From: Styela clava
Lineage: Eukaryota
DNA: 64,000 bases
Direction: 5' to 3'
NCBI RefSeq assembly: GCF_964204865.1
Contig: NC_135257.1
Span: forward strand, 6,200,001-6,264,000
Position 1 is the first letter of the stretch. Each line of letters starts with the position of its first letter. The notes under the pieces were generated by a model. The model saw only the letters and a list, made by a program, of their open reading frames with translations. It ran no database searches and was not told the origin of the DNA. The position numbers and the translations under genes were made by a program. This document shows positions 27,651 through 41,412 of the stretch, in pieces.

Positions 27651-30600
27651 GTACCTCAGTGCTAAAACTTATGACTGAGTATGAGCTGAAAAATGATGTG
27701 ATATCACATTTGAAATTTAAAGGCAGTTGTGAGCTTAAAATCGCAACCCTTGTGTTCAACTATGTTTCATCATCTTCTAAGTGTGTTACATAGCATGAGT
27801 TGGGTGATCCTGGACTGTAGTAGTTTGCCACATACAGTAGGACCAAGGTAATTTGGTATCTGATCATCTGATGCTATTTGATCAGTATCAATAAGTCATC
27901 TAGATTGATTTTTATCATAGATTTTGATAAGTGCTTTTATCCTTGTGTATGAACTATTCAGAGATAGAATGTAATACTTGGAATATTGTTTCAAAGATTG
28001 TCTTTTTGATTCTTGTATGTTAATGTGTATCTGATTTTCCTATGAATCGGCCGATTTCATGATGAACTATAGAGTGAGATTTTCATTGATTTGTAATGCA
28101 GAGTCCAAATAAAATATGAAATAATTCTTATGATAAATATGAAATTCTTAATTCTAAACATACCGTGATAAATTGTGCACTTATCGTCTGAATGAGTTGT
28201 CCAATTCCATGTGGTATTTCTATCAACCAATGGGTGGACTGGAACTGAATCAATTGGGGCACACTTGACCTAGACGTTTTTAATTAATACAAAAGCAATG
28301 ATTTCAGGTGAATTTATCATCCAATTTGACATGAAAACTATAAACATTTGATTGTCGTGTTCGATTGGCATACAGGCAGGCCATGGATAGAAGCTATTGT
28401 TGTGCTGAATGAATCACTATGTAGCCTATATTGTTGACATAGTTTTTTTACCTTTGGCTGCAAGTCTATATCATGCCCAAAATATCACACCTTTTATACA
28501 TTGGCCTGATTTGAGTTATGTTTTAGTATCTTTACTCCAATCCTGCATTTGAAGGGGTGAAATGGGTTATCTTTTCAATATCTTTACTGCAAGTTTGCGT
28601 TCGAAGGGATGAAATGGCCACTTTTTTATTAATAAATTTTGGAATCATTTTCTTTTCTCATAATTCTATCGTTTTTACTCTTCATGATACTCTAGTATTT
28701 TCATACCATTTGGGGCAAAGGTTGTAACCATTTGTTGAGTTTTTATAACATTGAAAACATTTTTGTGATCACGTACCATGAGAGTCAGTAGACCGAGCAC
28801 TCAATTATTCACATTGTCCCAAAGAAGATTGTCAACCGATGATATCTTTTTATTGTCAGCAGACCGGCATCGTCCTTTTTTATGATCGACGAAATATACA
28901 AACACAAACGAAGAAACCCATAGCATTGCATTGCTAGTAAATTATTGGCCTTCAACTTCACAATTACGTGTTTCGCCGAGCCATAAGGTTGTGTTTCAGA
29001 ATAGACTCGATTGAGTTTAGGCGTTGCGTTTATTGCACAGATTCTTGTTATGGGCGACTGATGACCCAAATCGCCAATTTTTAATACTAAAAAAGCAGGC
29101 TCTCTTGGGGAGAGACTCTCTCTCTCTCTCTATAAAATAATGCATATTAAAATTGCATGTATTGTCAGCACAGTCTTATGCAATTGTTTGTTTCACACTG
29201 AATGGATTCTAATGGCAATGGGAGAGCGAGATTTCTTATTATGTCAACCAAACAATAGTCAGGCGTGTTTGACATTTTATTTTCATGGAGACTCTAAACT
29301 TGAGATAGCGTTGGTGTATTGAGAAACTTGCGTATGAATGAATGCTTTTTGTGGTTTCTCAGATTTGGGCAAGAGCTCATGCGGAACTAAGCATCTAAGG
29401 GGCAGCAGTAAAGCTTATTCAGGACGCCAAGCCTTTTCGTTGGGAAATTTAGGAGCGTGATGCTATATATTTCAAATGAATGACCATTTAGAAATCGTTT
29501 TTGGCGCTTTCTCGTGACATCCTTACCACAGCGATAGCTCTTAGACGTGGTGTGCGATATTTTCTAAAACTGGAGACGCGACTCTACTGGGGGCCTTTTG
29601 AATGTGTTTTATGAGTGATTTGCAGTATATATTTATCGGGGATTTAAGAGTGCACTGGACGAAAGCGTGGTAGAGAACAGAGGTCGCAGGTTGAAAGTAG
29701 GGGACAGAAGCAGAGGTGTAAAGGAGTCTTGGTTGGTATGTTTGAGTTGGCGATTTGGATTCAAGTAAATCCCTATTTTGGGCTTTACTGTTACTTCAAA
29801 AAAGTATTTCTACATACATTAATTACTATTGTGTCGCGTCCAAATTTTATAACGTATCTCAATTACTGGACTTAAATATATACAAGCTGAACCTCGAAAT
29901 AGAGCTTCAGAGACATTTTGGATACGTATTTTGACAGAAGATGGATATCGAGAAAGATTTTTAAAACCATTTTAAATTATGCCAAATATTTGAAGAACAG
30001 GTTTTGTTTTGTATCCAATTCACTAACAACAGGTTCCCTCATTTTAGAAAATGTATGTATTCACTAAGAAAGGTGTGCTGCATTACCCGCTTCACTGCGA
30101 AAGCGTTTTAAAGATCGAAATTCGATTATCCAATTATTTTAGAGTTTTTTTTTTCTAATATTGTTGACTTTTGAAGCGTCATTTTTGCTAATTCGCAGTG
30201 GAGGATTGTGAAAAAGTCGCTGACAACGCGTGCGTTTGTATTTTGGTAAAATCGCTGATTGTTTTCGTCATCGTGACGTGTTATTTAAGCCGTAAAAACC
30301 TTTACGTCGGTGTTTATTCCCCGTCAATGACAAATTTTCCCCAGCGTATATGTATGTGTTTTGAGCACAGTGGGTTTTACTTTTTTTCCCCGCATGAAAC
30401 TTTGAAACCAGTGAGAAAGAAGAGTTATCATAATACCCATCGGCGACGAGATGCTAAGATAATTAAAGGAGTGAGTGACCAAACCAAATTTTCTTGATTA
30501 AAAAGCGGCAATACAAAATACTAAACATAAACGGAAACACCGTAAGTTTCGATTTAGAATGCCAGCGACAGTTTCAAAGCACTATTTTAGATACTGTAAG

Positions 30601-32039
30601 CTGAAAAATCCCATGTGCCTACGGCACATATTTAATAATTGGCTTTAGAAACGATACAGTCATTGCAAATTGAAACACAGTCAATTGTGTGCGCAAGGTA
30701 CCTTTGATTAATTCTAAAATTAGGTTAAACAATTTTTTGTTGTACTAAAATAAATTTTGCTTCGCGGAATTTTATCGCATAAGAAGAGATTTGTCCAATT
30801 TAAATATGTTTAAAATAAAGTGCTGCAAGAACAGCTCAGATTTTTCGAGCTCACGAAATCGCAAAACACGATAAAATCGGAGACTTAATGAACTTTACCA
30901 CACATTTTTATGTCCGCAGATTGTCGTAGTATTTCAGAGTGATAATGCTTTTATTTTGTCGAAGCTGCCACAGCTTTAATTAAACACAATTAAATCAATA
31001 AAGCAAGACATTTTAAATACGCACGTATGGATTGATTACTTTGTACAAAAAATGATCATTATCCGTCAAAAACGTCGGCTCTTTACTATACTTTATATGT
31101 ATTTTTATTCACCTAAATTAAATCGTACTCTCTGGGATTTGATAGCAGATCTTAAGATTTTTCTAACTGCGATGACGAATTCGCAATACGTATCAACACT
31201 GAATGTTATTTGATAGTGTTTCTCACATTTTTATGTTTGCAGATTGCCATGTTGTTTTAGTTGTGCAAATGTGAGACAAGCATTAACTCTTTGAACTCTG
31301 ACGGCTCTGAGCGAAGTTACTCGCTCACCCTGAAGGTTCGCGGCGCCGTATTGGTTGAACAATAAAATAAGTCTAAATACTGGCTATTTGGCACGCTTGT
31401 AACTTTTTACCAATTATAGGTAGCACGTTGTGAGACATTTCAATCGAAAGGAAATTTTATCGTGCATTCAGAATGTATTTTCCATTTTGAAATACAGTTT
31501 GTCAAAATTAATAAAATTGACCCTAATCTAACAGTCATTTTTCTGCATGTATGTGAGTTTTGGCTTGAAATTTTGTTAGTTTGGTACAAAATATACTGCC
31601 AATATTTGATGTTCATAAAGAGTTTTTTATAAGCTTTTTGTTGATATTCGAATTACTATTGTGGCTGCCATATAACCAATTTTATATTTAAATATTTAAT
31701 TGTGTATCATTGTGTCGGGTGAACAACATCGATAAGCGGCCATGACGCACTGATTACGCAGCTACGCAAAAGCCGATCACGTGACTACCGTCATGAAGAT
31801 GTTGATAAGTACGTTCGAAACGTATTGCGTGGCAAAATGCGCAAGATAACTTTCACGACGACGTTCTCAGCGGAACATCGGTCGCCGAGTTTCGATATGA
31901 TATTAACCCTGTATGGATTGAAGTACCGACGTCGAGTAATGCGTGCAGTAATAGCGAAGTGAAGTTAATATCGTCATATAAAATTTCACGTGGAAAATGT
32001 TTTATTCGCCCATTAGTATTTGTTCAAATATCAACCAAA

Positions 32040-32648
32040 ATAAGTACTTACCTGCTCTGCAGATCAAAATATCTGATTTTACGAATGTTAGGCGAAGCAA
32101 GTGGATGGAATAATATCTGAGAGCACTAATACTGCAGAAAGAGCAACTCTTATTCTAACAAGATCATATCCGTCGCCAGAACTAGATACCCCACCGCAAA
32201 ACGCCAGTTCTAATAATAGATGCGTCGTATGCAGCAAAATTTACATTATTGCCAAAAAACCAATCCAGCTGCTAAAGACAAAGCGTTGCTGAAACGATGC
32301 GAGACAGTATATAAGTACAAATACTGTAATGAGTACCTATGTATAGGTAACGAAACCAACAACCATTGGTATAACTGGCACAACAAAGTGCAATATTGGA
32401 TTTAGTCTGCCTAATATTTTCATGTTCTTCATTGTTCCGGGCACAACGAAGTGCAATATTCAATTTAAAATTTTTAGCAAGCAGTCTTTTATGCACATAC
32501 ATTTTTCATGGTCTTTATTGTTCCGTTATCCGCTAATAAAATCACAATCTTGTTCATATTGCGTATACGTAACCACAACTTAATGGGCTTGAGCGGGCAG
32601 TCAAAGTCAAATCGTAGTGCGAATTTTGAATGCGTAGCATCGGGTTAA
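32040..32648 (+). mobile_element. piggyBac relic: C-terminal Cys-rich domain and right end
   Basis: Frameshifted RCVVCSK...ETVYKYKYCNEYLCIGNETNNHWYNWHNKVQYW*, and a GGG|TTAA end at 32642-32648. The left end is uncertain (possibly TTAA at 31283). Confidence 0.6.
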
Positions 32649-34175
32649 TTAATTACTTCCTGCGGACATTTGAATAATAACATCTCGACGTAACGTTATT
32701 GCGGATATCGTCACGTTTAGTTGCATTTGCGTAATATGCGTAAAGGTGTGCGTGACGAGACGTTGCCTCTCTCCAATGAGAACATCAATTTGACGCAGCG
32801 TCGCTGTTAAATCTACAGATAATCTAATATATTTGGTCATAAAATTTGAATGGCTCGTCGTAAAATCGTTTTGGATACGTATATAAAAAGCTATTCAAAT
32901 TCTCCACATATATTGCCGATTGAATATGTGGCTATTTAGGCAAGAAGTCGAAATTCTTTATATTAAATATTTGTTATCATACAATAATTTCATACGCACT
33001 TTCAAATTGCCAATTTTACTGAAACATCGTATATTAGAGCACCGATCATCACAATATAATTAGTCCCAATAACGAGCTTTCATGCAATATAAAATTTATT
33101 TAAATACTCATTGTGGTTCTTGAGATACGAGATCATAAAGTTGATTCCCGCCGACACGAAAAACAAGCCGGTAAACCGGCTTGCCGGGGCACAGAGCGTA
33201 CTCAAACAAGCCGGTAAACCGGCTTGCCGGGTTCAAGCGGTTAAGGAGAAGTAATCGCGGCGACTGTTTCAGAAGTGGTACCATTGGAAATTTTAAATTT
33301 GAGTCAGATTGATTTCTTTCTATTCGGTATTGGGAATTAGGATTGCGCACCTTGCGTTTGCGTCCATTGCTAGCTTGTGATCAGGTGACTACTGCGGTAC
33401 CGGCAGTACTGTACTATATTGTACTGTAAAGTCATACCCGTACTATTTCGTTTTGGCTTTCGTGTCCATATATTTGAGCGTCGCTCTCTTGTTTTTCTTA
33501 ATTTTTACTGATGACGACATCTACAAAGTTAGGGTTATTTTGTGCTCTTATTCAGAAAATATATTGGAATTGTCATAGTCGTATACCAAGTGCTGGGTTC
33601 AAGTAGCCTACGCTTAAAAAATCACTCAAGTAACAAGTAATTTTATAAATATTAGTTGAGTACTTACAGTAATTAGAGACAATATAGTATATTTTTAATA
33701 TATACCTTTTTTATTCATTGTATGATCGTTTTAAACTTTTTCATAGGCAGCTCCTCAGTGATGCCATTTTCAAGATCTTTAGCAGTCTCATTAAAAAGAT
33801 TAGTTGAAGAATGTCGCGAAAGAAACATTTTTTGACAAATATTTTACAATTGCAACTTCACCCTCTGTCAAACATTTTAATTCTTGGGCGATCTTTCTTA
33901 ATGTATATTCAATACGTCTCCCGTGGCTTCCAAGAATCGTGTGAGCATCTTGAGCAATGAGTTACATACAGTAGTGGGATTCAGCCGGTTTTTGTAACAG
34001 AACCGCCTGAAAATATGACGGGACAAAGGTCAGCGTTTTCCTTAGCGTCATTGGGCGTAAAACCTTCATGCTTGTACGTGACTTGGTTGCGCCTGAGAAA
34101 CCTGCCACTAAAGCATTTGCAGAACTTTGTGAAGTGTTGAAAGATCACTTGTCGCCAGAATCACTGGTTCAAACG

Positions 34176-34626
34176 TAGGCTTACCATAGGTCCCGTTTTA
34201 GGCGGGACAGTCCCACTTTTAAACGTCTTGTCCCGGCGTCCCGACCGGTCAGCCAAAAGTCCCGCTTTGGCGTTCAGCCAGTCCGAATAATACACGAACA
34301 AAACCAATTCTCGATATTGTTGCTGCTGTGTAGCGTACTGGTAGCCTACTTACTGAAGGTGGTGTTGTGTGTTTCGTTGTTGTTGTCGGATAATTGCAAG
34401 CTCCGTACGCCAAAAGGGTGCTCAACGTTAACGTAAATTCTTTTCTATTTTTCGAATTTGGACAGAGAGCACATGAACTCTCGATGACATTATGTTCAAT
34501 GAAGACAGGCGGAATGGTTTTAAATATAGGCCCCTAATGTAAAATCAGTACGTTCAAAGTTGAAAAAATCACAGCTTGGGCTTTGGAGGCGTCCCGCTTT
34601 GAGGTCACGAAAATATGGTAACCTTA
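34176..34626. mobile_element. hAT (Blackjack-like) MITE inserted in gag
   Basis: TIRs TAGGCTTACCATA...TATGGTAACCTTA, TSD TTCAAACG/TCCAAACG, and GTCCCG repeats. Removing it rejoins ESLVQT|ERFRF. Confidence 0.85.
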
Positions 34627-37600
34627 TCCAAACGGAAAGATTTCGTTTTCATCAACGAAGTCAAAAACATGGAGAAAGTGTGTCTGTCAGCTTTTTACGC
34701 AGATTTAAAGCGCCACTCCACCACATGTGAGTTGGGTGCCGTGTTGGAAAACACACTTCGCGACAAATTCGTAAGTGGACTGAAATGCAGCCATATAATA
34801 TACAAAATCGATTGATAACTGAGAAAAATTTAACATATGAAAAAGCATTGCAAATGGCTGCAGAAGTTGAAACTGCTGCCAAAGATACAAAAGTGCTTCA
34901 AGGCAAAAATACTGCAAATTATGAAAGTAAATATGCTCATTACGTGAAGCGTAATTCGTAAAAGAAATACTACAGGTGTGGTAAAATTGGACATTGTCCA
35001 GATAAATGCTGATAGAGTTATATTGTCTGAATTGTAATAAAAGAAGTCACACCTAATTTATGAGCAGATCAAAACCACACCACAGAAGAAACTCCCAGCC
35101 GCGACCTGGGCGTCAACAAAACTTCACAAAAGAAGCAGAGAAAAGTGTCGCTGCAGATAAAGTGACATCAAAATTTCTATCGAATATAAAAGTGGCAAAA
35201 GTAAATGGAGAAGAAAAAGTGTTCATTAATGCCACTAATATCATATGGATACCTGTCAAAGTAGCAGGGAAATAAATACCAATAAACACCTACTGCTGTA
35301 AAAATGAAAACGTATACAGGTGACCATAAAATCACTTGGGCTGCTACCAGTTGAAGTTTAATGTGGAAATGAAGGGGAAAAACTGAAATTGTATGTAGTC
35401 GAAAAAGAAGGACCACCATTAATAAGAAAAGATTGGATCAGAGCATTGAAAGTTAACTGTAATAAATAGGAGAATGTGAATAGCCTGAATTCAAATGAAA
35501 ATCCAATTGATATAGAAATAAGATTGGATACCTTGCTGAAGATTTATTTAAAGATGAACTTTCAAGGGCCATAAAACTAAATTTGTATTGAAGAAAAATG
35601 CATCCCCGGCGTTCAAGAAGGCACGTCAAGTAACGTTCGCCATGAAAGCAAGAATTGAAGGAGGAATAATTAGTAAAGTACCACATAGGGATTGGGGAAC
35701 ATCTATTGTAGCTGTGACAAAACTAAATGGTCAAATACGTCTCTGGGGTGATTTCAAGATAACTGTCAAGCCAGCTTTAAAGATCGATCAATACCCATTC
35801 CCAAAAGAAGAACTGTTTGTAATTTTAGCTGGCGGACAAAAGTTCACAAAATTGGATTTGAAAAATGCTTATTTGCAATTGGAAGTGGATGACAACTGCA
35901 AACATCTACTCACAGAGTACTATATCGTGTGAATAGAATGGTTTATGGAATTGCATCAGATCCAGATCTGGTAACGGGTTCTGAAACAAATTTTGCAAGG
36001 ATTGCCTAAAGTGGCATTTATATTAGATGACATGATTCTCAACGGATTAAATGGTGAAGATCACCTCAAGAATGTGGAAAACGTCTTAAAGAGATTAATA
36101 GAATATGGATTGAGACTTAATTTAACAAAATGAGAATTTATGAAAGATCGTTTTACCCTCTTTGGCCATGATATTGGTTGTTACGGACAACATAGGGCAG
36201 AGAAACTTGTCAAAGCAATTGTGGATGCACCACGTCCTGAAAATGTATTTCAAGTCTGAGCATTCACTGGTGTGATTAATTTTATGCTAAATTTTGCAAA
36301 AAGCGGGCAAGTGTGCTACAGCCAAATTATTGTCTATTGAAAAGGGGTCAAAAGTTCATATGGTAAAGCCTAAGACATGTGAACAAAGCGAAACAATTAA
36401 TTTTTCTAAATGCGAAACAATCAATTGCATCTGATCAAGTATAGGTGCATTATGACCCTAAGAAACCAGTAAAATTGAGTTGTAATGCTAGCCAATATGC
36501 CATATGGTATTGGTTGCGCATTATCAAATGTAATGAAAGCTGGATCAGAGAGACCTATTGCTTTTGCGCCACGAACATTAATTAACAAAAGCAGAAATGA
36601 ACTATTCGCAAATTGGAAAAGAAGCTCTGTTCATAGTCTGGGATGTAAAAAAGTTTTACCTACATTTACACTGATTGCAGACAATCAACCATTTTTTGTT
36701 GTTGCAATGTTTCTAGCATCGCATTCATATGATATCGAATAATATCGTAAAACTGAAAATCATGGTAACGCAGATTTTTTATCAAGATTTCCATTGTCTG
36801 AAAATTCACATACAGATGATGAAAAATATTTCTTATGTTGCATTTTAAAGGTATTGCCCGTCACAAGTACGGAAATAAGAAAAGCAACCACTAATGAGTT
36901 AATATTGTGTAAAGTGGTAGATTTGGCCCTGAAAGGATGGCCAAACAAAATCAAGAATGATGAATTCAACCGTATTTTAATAGAAGACATGAACTCAGTG
37001 TTCATGAAACAGAGTTGTAAGTTCACCCAAATTACGTTCAAGAATTTTAGAAGAATTACAAGAGTCACATCTGGCATATTCAAAATGAAAGCGTAGGCTC
37101 GATCATATGTCTGGTGGCTACAACTTACTAACTCAATTGAAAATAGAGTGAAAGAATGCGCTTCCTGCCAGGAAACACAAAAAACGCCTGCAAATGCTGA
37201 ACTACATATGTGGGAATTTCCGGCAAATGGGTTGGAACGAGTTCAAGTTGGTTTTGCAGGACCGTTCGTGAATTCGATGTTCTTGGTTGTAATTGTCGCG
37301 CATTCAAAATGCGCAGAAGTGATCCCTATGCGTTCTATCACATCGCAAAGAACTACCGAAGAACTCCGACACATATTTACAAAATATGGTATATGATATG
37401 CAATCAACTAGTGTCTGACAATGGACCTTCACGTCGGAAGAGTTTGCAGGCTTTTTGAAGAATAATGGAATACGTCATTTACGATCTGCACCGTTTCATC
37501 TGTCAAGTAATGGTATGTCAGAAAGATTTGTCGGAGTTTTCAAGAGTTCTCTTCTCCGAGGGAGGAAGAAGAAAGGTGATATTTTTTACAAACGAGATAA

Positions 37601-38322
37601 TTTCTTACTGGCGTACAGAAATACACCTCATTCGACAAAGAACGAGTCACCAGCTATTATATTGATGAAGCGATTTTTGCGATCACGTTTAGACTTGGTC
37701 AAGTCTGATCTAGCATCAAAAATTAATGAAAAGCAAACTAATGTACAAAATTCAAAAAGATATCCCAAAACAAGATATTTCGAACTTGGTCAAGCAGTCT
37801 CGGCTCGTGACTATTCTAGCAAAAAGAGAAGATGGGCCAGTTGCACAATCACCAAATATATGGGACTACTGACATACCGGGTCAAAATTTTTAACGGGTA
37901 TTTTGGAAACGCCCTATTTTGATCACCAGCTGAAAATGACGAACTTTGTCGAAGATATGAAGAACCGGAATGGTACAATTGGAACCGGTCAAGCACATCG
38001 TCAGATGAAGATCATGTCCAGCCACAGGGTAATCAAGGAGCAGGCCAACATCCTGAACCCAGGCGCAATCCTCTCAGAAACAGGAGACCGCCAGACAGAT
38101 TAAATTAGTGATAATGATAATGAACATTGAATTGAGGGTTTATTGTAAATGTGTTAATTTAGTGACATTGTTTATTTCTTCCTTAGGGGAGAGGGGTGTT
38201 TTGTATTTACATCATATTTTGTTGTTTTTAACACACGAGGTAGATTTGTGATTATGATGTCATAATTGCGTTTACTTGTCTGCGTGCTTGTTATTCATCC
38301 TTGTGTTTTAAAGTGTCTAGCG

Positions 38323-38665
38323 CACTGGTTCTCAACCATGAGCCATGGCTCACTGCTTGGCCACAGAGACATTTTCAGGTGGGCCACAAACATATCAAAA
38401 ATGACATATTTATTTGTCATTTTTAGTTATTATCATTATAGTTATTGATAAATTAGTTAAACTTTGATTATAGTAGCAATGAATGATAATACTGTACTAA
38501 GCTACTAAATGGTAATTGTCATAATAATTATGAAAATGTCTAATTTTGTAAATATATTTTTGGGTTTTTCTTGTAGTTTTTCCCTTACATGAGAAAGTTA
38601 ATGGGACACAGATTTTTTTGTGCAACGGAAGTGGGCCACGAGAGAATAAAGGTTGAGAACCACTG
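38323..38665. mobile_element. hAT Charlie-type MITE inserted in the LTR
   Basis: CACTGGTTCTCAACC...GGTTGAGAACCACTG with perfect TSD GTCTAGCG. Confidence 0.9.
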
Positions 38666-38745
38666 GTCTAGCGTTAAGCTGCGTTATACTGACGTCTTAC
38701 TTTACCCTATAATAAACTAATATTTGATTTGGTAATACCCAATAC

Positions 38746-39013
38746 CAATGTTCCCTCTAATTTTTTGTAGTATGTGTGCGCAGAAATTTTGGTGTGTGCG
38801 CACTTTTTTGGAAATGACTAATAATTGTGCAAAAACCAATGAAGAAATTTTGGCGTTCTAACCGGGTAATGAGTGGGCCAACAACAAACTTTCTCAACCT
38901 GCCAACCGAGAACATTATTACATTACATCGAAATACGTCTGTGCGCAGTAAATCTATGCGTGTGCGCAGCCTCTGAAAGCTGTGTGCACGCGCACACCTT
39001 AGAGGGAACACTG
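38746..39013. mobile_element. hAT MITE inserted in the LTR
   Basis: CAATGTTCCCTCTA...TAGAGGGAACACTG with perfect TSD CCCAATAC and GTGTGCGC repeats. Confidence 0.9.
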
Positions 39014-39445
39014 CCCAATACCCCTACCCATCACAGTAGGCTCTTCCTGAACAGCTCGAAAATTAATGTGACTTTGCTCAATGTATCAGCAAAATCTGCG
39101 ATGCAATAATCTGCATGGTTACGTGCCACAGTACAGCGTCATTTCCATCATCGCAGAACTCCGTAATATCCTGATCAATGTCGACTGTATCTTCAAGTGC
39201 GTCCTCCGCATTGCGACGTCTCTTGTATAAAACATCACAAACTGCGAGATGCAGTCTGTTGTGAGTTGCTATGGTAGTGATACACGAGCTACACAGATGC
39301 TCGTGTATTTGATGACAATTCTGGAAGCTTTTTAAGCGTCAGATAAACCTAGTTTAGATAATTATTATATTACTTTTATGAAAATAAAAGTCTCGACTAT
39401 ACGGTATGATCGGGTTTTTCGCGGCAAAATCATTGGACACGAAAC

Positions 39446-39824
39446 GAGAATATCGGTTGGAAACCGAAGACTCATCGATCGATAGTTAGGGGATCCCCCA
39501 AAACAGAAACTGCAGTTTCGATTCATCCGCTCTTGTAACTTGCGCACTGCGCATCGCACACACACACTCGTCGGGTCTCAAAATTCTCTCGCTTTACAAA
39601 AATCTAGATCACTATATCAATAATTGATTGATAACTCGCTAATTATACGACATAATTAGCCCAAAATCAATAGGCTTCTGGTCCGAGATAAGATGAATGC
39701 ACATGCAAAATCTGGAGCAGATTCAATCTCGCTTTTGTGAGATATCGCGTGCATCTAACAGACATACATACAGACAGACAAATACCTATCAACATACTTA
39801 CCGATTAAAATCGATAAGTAATAA
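39446..39824 (-). mobile_element. Helentron/DINE-1-like non-autonomous element, copy 1
   Basis: Reverse complement of 39839-40231, with (GTCT/GTAT)n microsatellite, sub-TIR ACTTATCGAT and 3' stem-loop. Confidence 0.7.
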
Positions 39825-39838
39825 GGCTATAGATTGTC

Positions 39839-40231
39839 TTATTACTTATCGATCTTAAAATCGGTAAGTATATTGATAGGTATTTGTATGTATGTATGTC
39901 TGTCTGTGTGTGTGTCTGTTAGATGCACGCGATATCTCACGAAAGCGGGATTGAATCTGCTCCAGATTTTGCATGTGCATTCATCTTATCTCGGACCAGA
40001 AGCCTATTGATATTGGGCGAATTATGTCGTATAATTAGCGAGTTATCAATCAATTATTGATATAGTGATCTAGATTTTTGTAAAGCGAGAGAATTTTGAA
40101 ACTCGCCGAGTGTGTGTGTGCGATGCGCAGTGCGCAAGTTACAAGAGCGGATGAATCGAAACTGCAGTTTCTGTTTTGGGGGATCCCCTAACTATCGATC
40201 GATAAGTCTTCGGTTTCCAACCGATATTCTC
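39839..40231 (+). mobile_element. Helentron/DINE-1-like non-autonomous element, copy 2
   Basis: 5' TTATTACTTATCGAT, GTAT/GTCT/GT microsatellite, 3' ATCGATAAGT and hairpin TCGGTTTCCAACCGA. Confidence 0.7.
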
Positions 40232-40274
40232 ATTAAATTGTTGTTGTTGTTGTTGGCATTCTTCTTCATCTTGT

Positions 40275-40552
40275 TACTTAAGATCGATAAGTATGTTGAT
40301 AGGTATTTGTCTGTTAGATACTCGCAATATCTCACGAAAGCGAGGTTGAATCTGCTCCAAATTTTGCATGTGCATTCATCATAGTTCGGAACAGAAGCCT
40401 ATTGATTTACGATGAATTATGTCGTATAATTAGCGAGTTATTAATTAATTAGTTATGGGACACACGGTGTCACTATAGAGTAAGAGCGCTGTTCTGGGGT
40501 ATCCCCTAACCTCCGATCGATAAGTCTTCGGTCTCCGACCGATATTCTCGTT
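40275..40552 (+). mobile_element. Third, shorter copy of the same DINE-like family
   Basis: Shares GATAGGTATTTG...GAAGCCTATTGA...TCGATAAGTCTTCGG...CCGATATTCTCGTT. Confidence 0.65.
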
Positions 40553-41412
40553 GTTATTTTTGTTGTGTGTGAAAAATCGCTATTCCATTTAATTACTGGA
40601 CCAATTGCTTTAAAACTTTCAGTGGTTAGGTGTTTCTGGCGATATGGCAATAGACCTCATTCATTAAAAACCCATCCTACGCGCAAAAATAAAAATGATG
40701 TAAAAAAAACAAGTTTAACATTAGCTCTTATGGGGAATGTGATCACCAGAGCAGAAATTTGCATTTTTTGTAATTTTCTAGATATCTTTCAATGCAGACG
40801 TGTGTAGTTTTTAGGATAGAATATTTTTTACATCTTTTTTGATATATTTATCATGATAAACATGGTCAAGATTTTTGATAGTAACATTTCCGCCATCTTT
40901 TCAAGACTTATATGATATATAATCACTAGGGTTCGCAGCGCGTCTATCAGAGATGTTGAACAGATGTAATCGTTTTGAATTCTTGGAATAAAGAGAGTGA
41001 TGTGTTGCGTATCCTCAGTGTTAAATTAGGAACCGCCAATTCCGTTAACGTTGCTACTAACTTGTATTCTCATTACGTCTAGGATTGCAGTTATGAACTG
41101 AAGTAGATATTTGCCTTTGAGTGTGGTATGATCAGTGTTAACTATACATATTCCCCAAGGGCCAATTAGAATTAGTAGGTGATGGTTTATGGCCCATGCG
41201 TCGGCAACAGCGCGTGCAATGACAAAGTTATGATGACTCATTGCCGGTTGTTTGGAACAAATCATAGGTTGTCGGACGACGTGTTTACGTTAACTTTCTT
41301 ACAAAGAAGACTTCGATCGATATCGTGTCTTGCTGCGGGGTATTTTAAAAAGTCAAGCAGGCTGGTCAATAAGCAAATCGTTTTTTTCTACAGGAGAATG
41401 GTTTAGGCAAAT

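Larger units (their letters stand above)
33990..39035 (+). mobile_element. Decayed Gypsy/Ty3 (Mag-like) LTR retrotransposon: gag-pol relic plus 3' LTR; no 5' LTR seen
   Basis: Gag (LVAPEKP...ERFRFHQRSQ...LRDKFVSGL, broken CCHC knuckle), RT (KFTKLDLKNAYLQL, ILDD), RNase H (ERPIAF) and integrase (FAGP, VSDNGP, SSNGMSERFV, YRNTPHST). PPT AGGGGAGAGGGG at 38185-38196, then a TG...CA LTR at about 38197-39035. Confidence 0.9.

Noticed and set aside
30366-30980. CACAGTG (RSS/Transib-like) heptamer and TTAAAGG (Kolobok-like) start
   Set aside because: No matching opposite terminus, nonamer or TSD found.
39365-40384. Twin ORFs MCVRCAVRKLQERMNRNCSFCFGG
   Set aside because: They arise from the inverted DINE-like copies and have no protein-family features.
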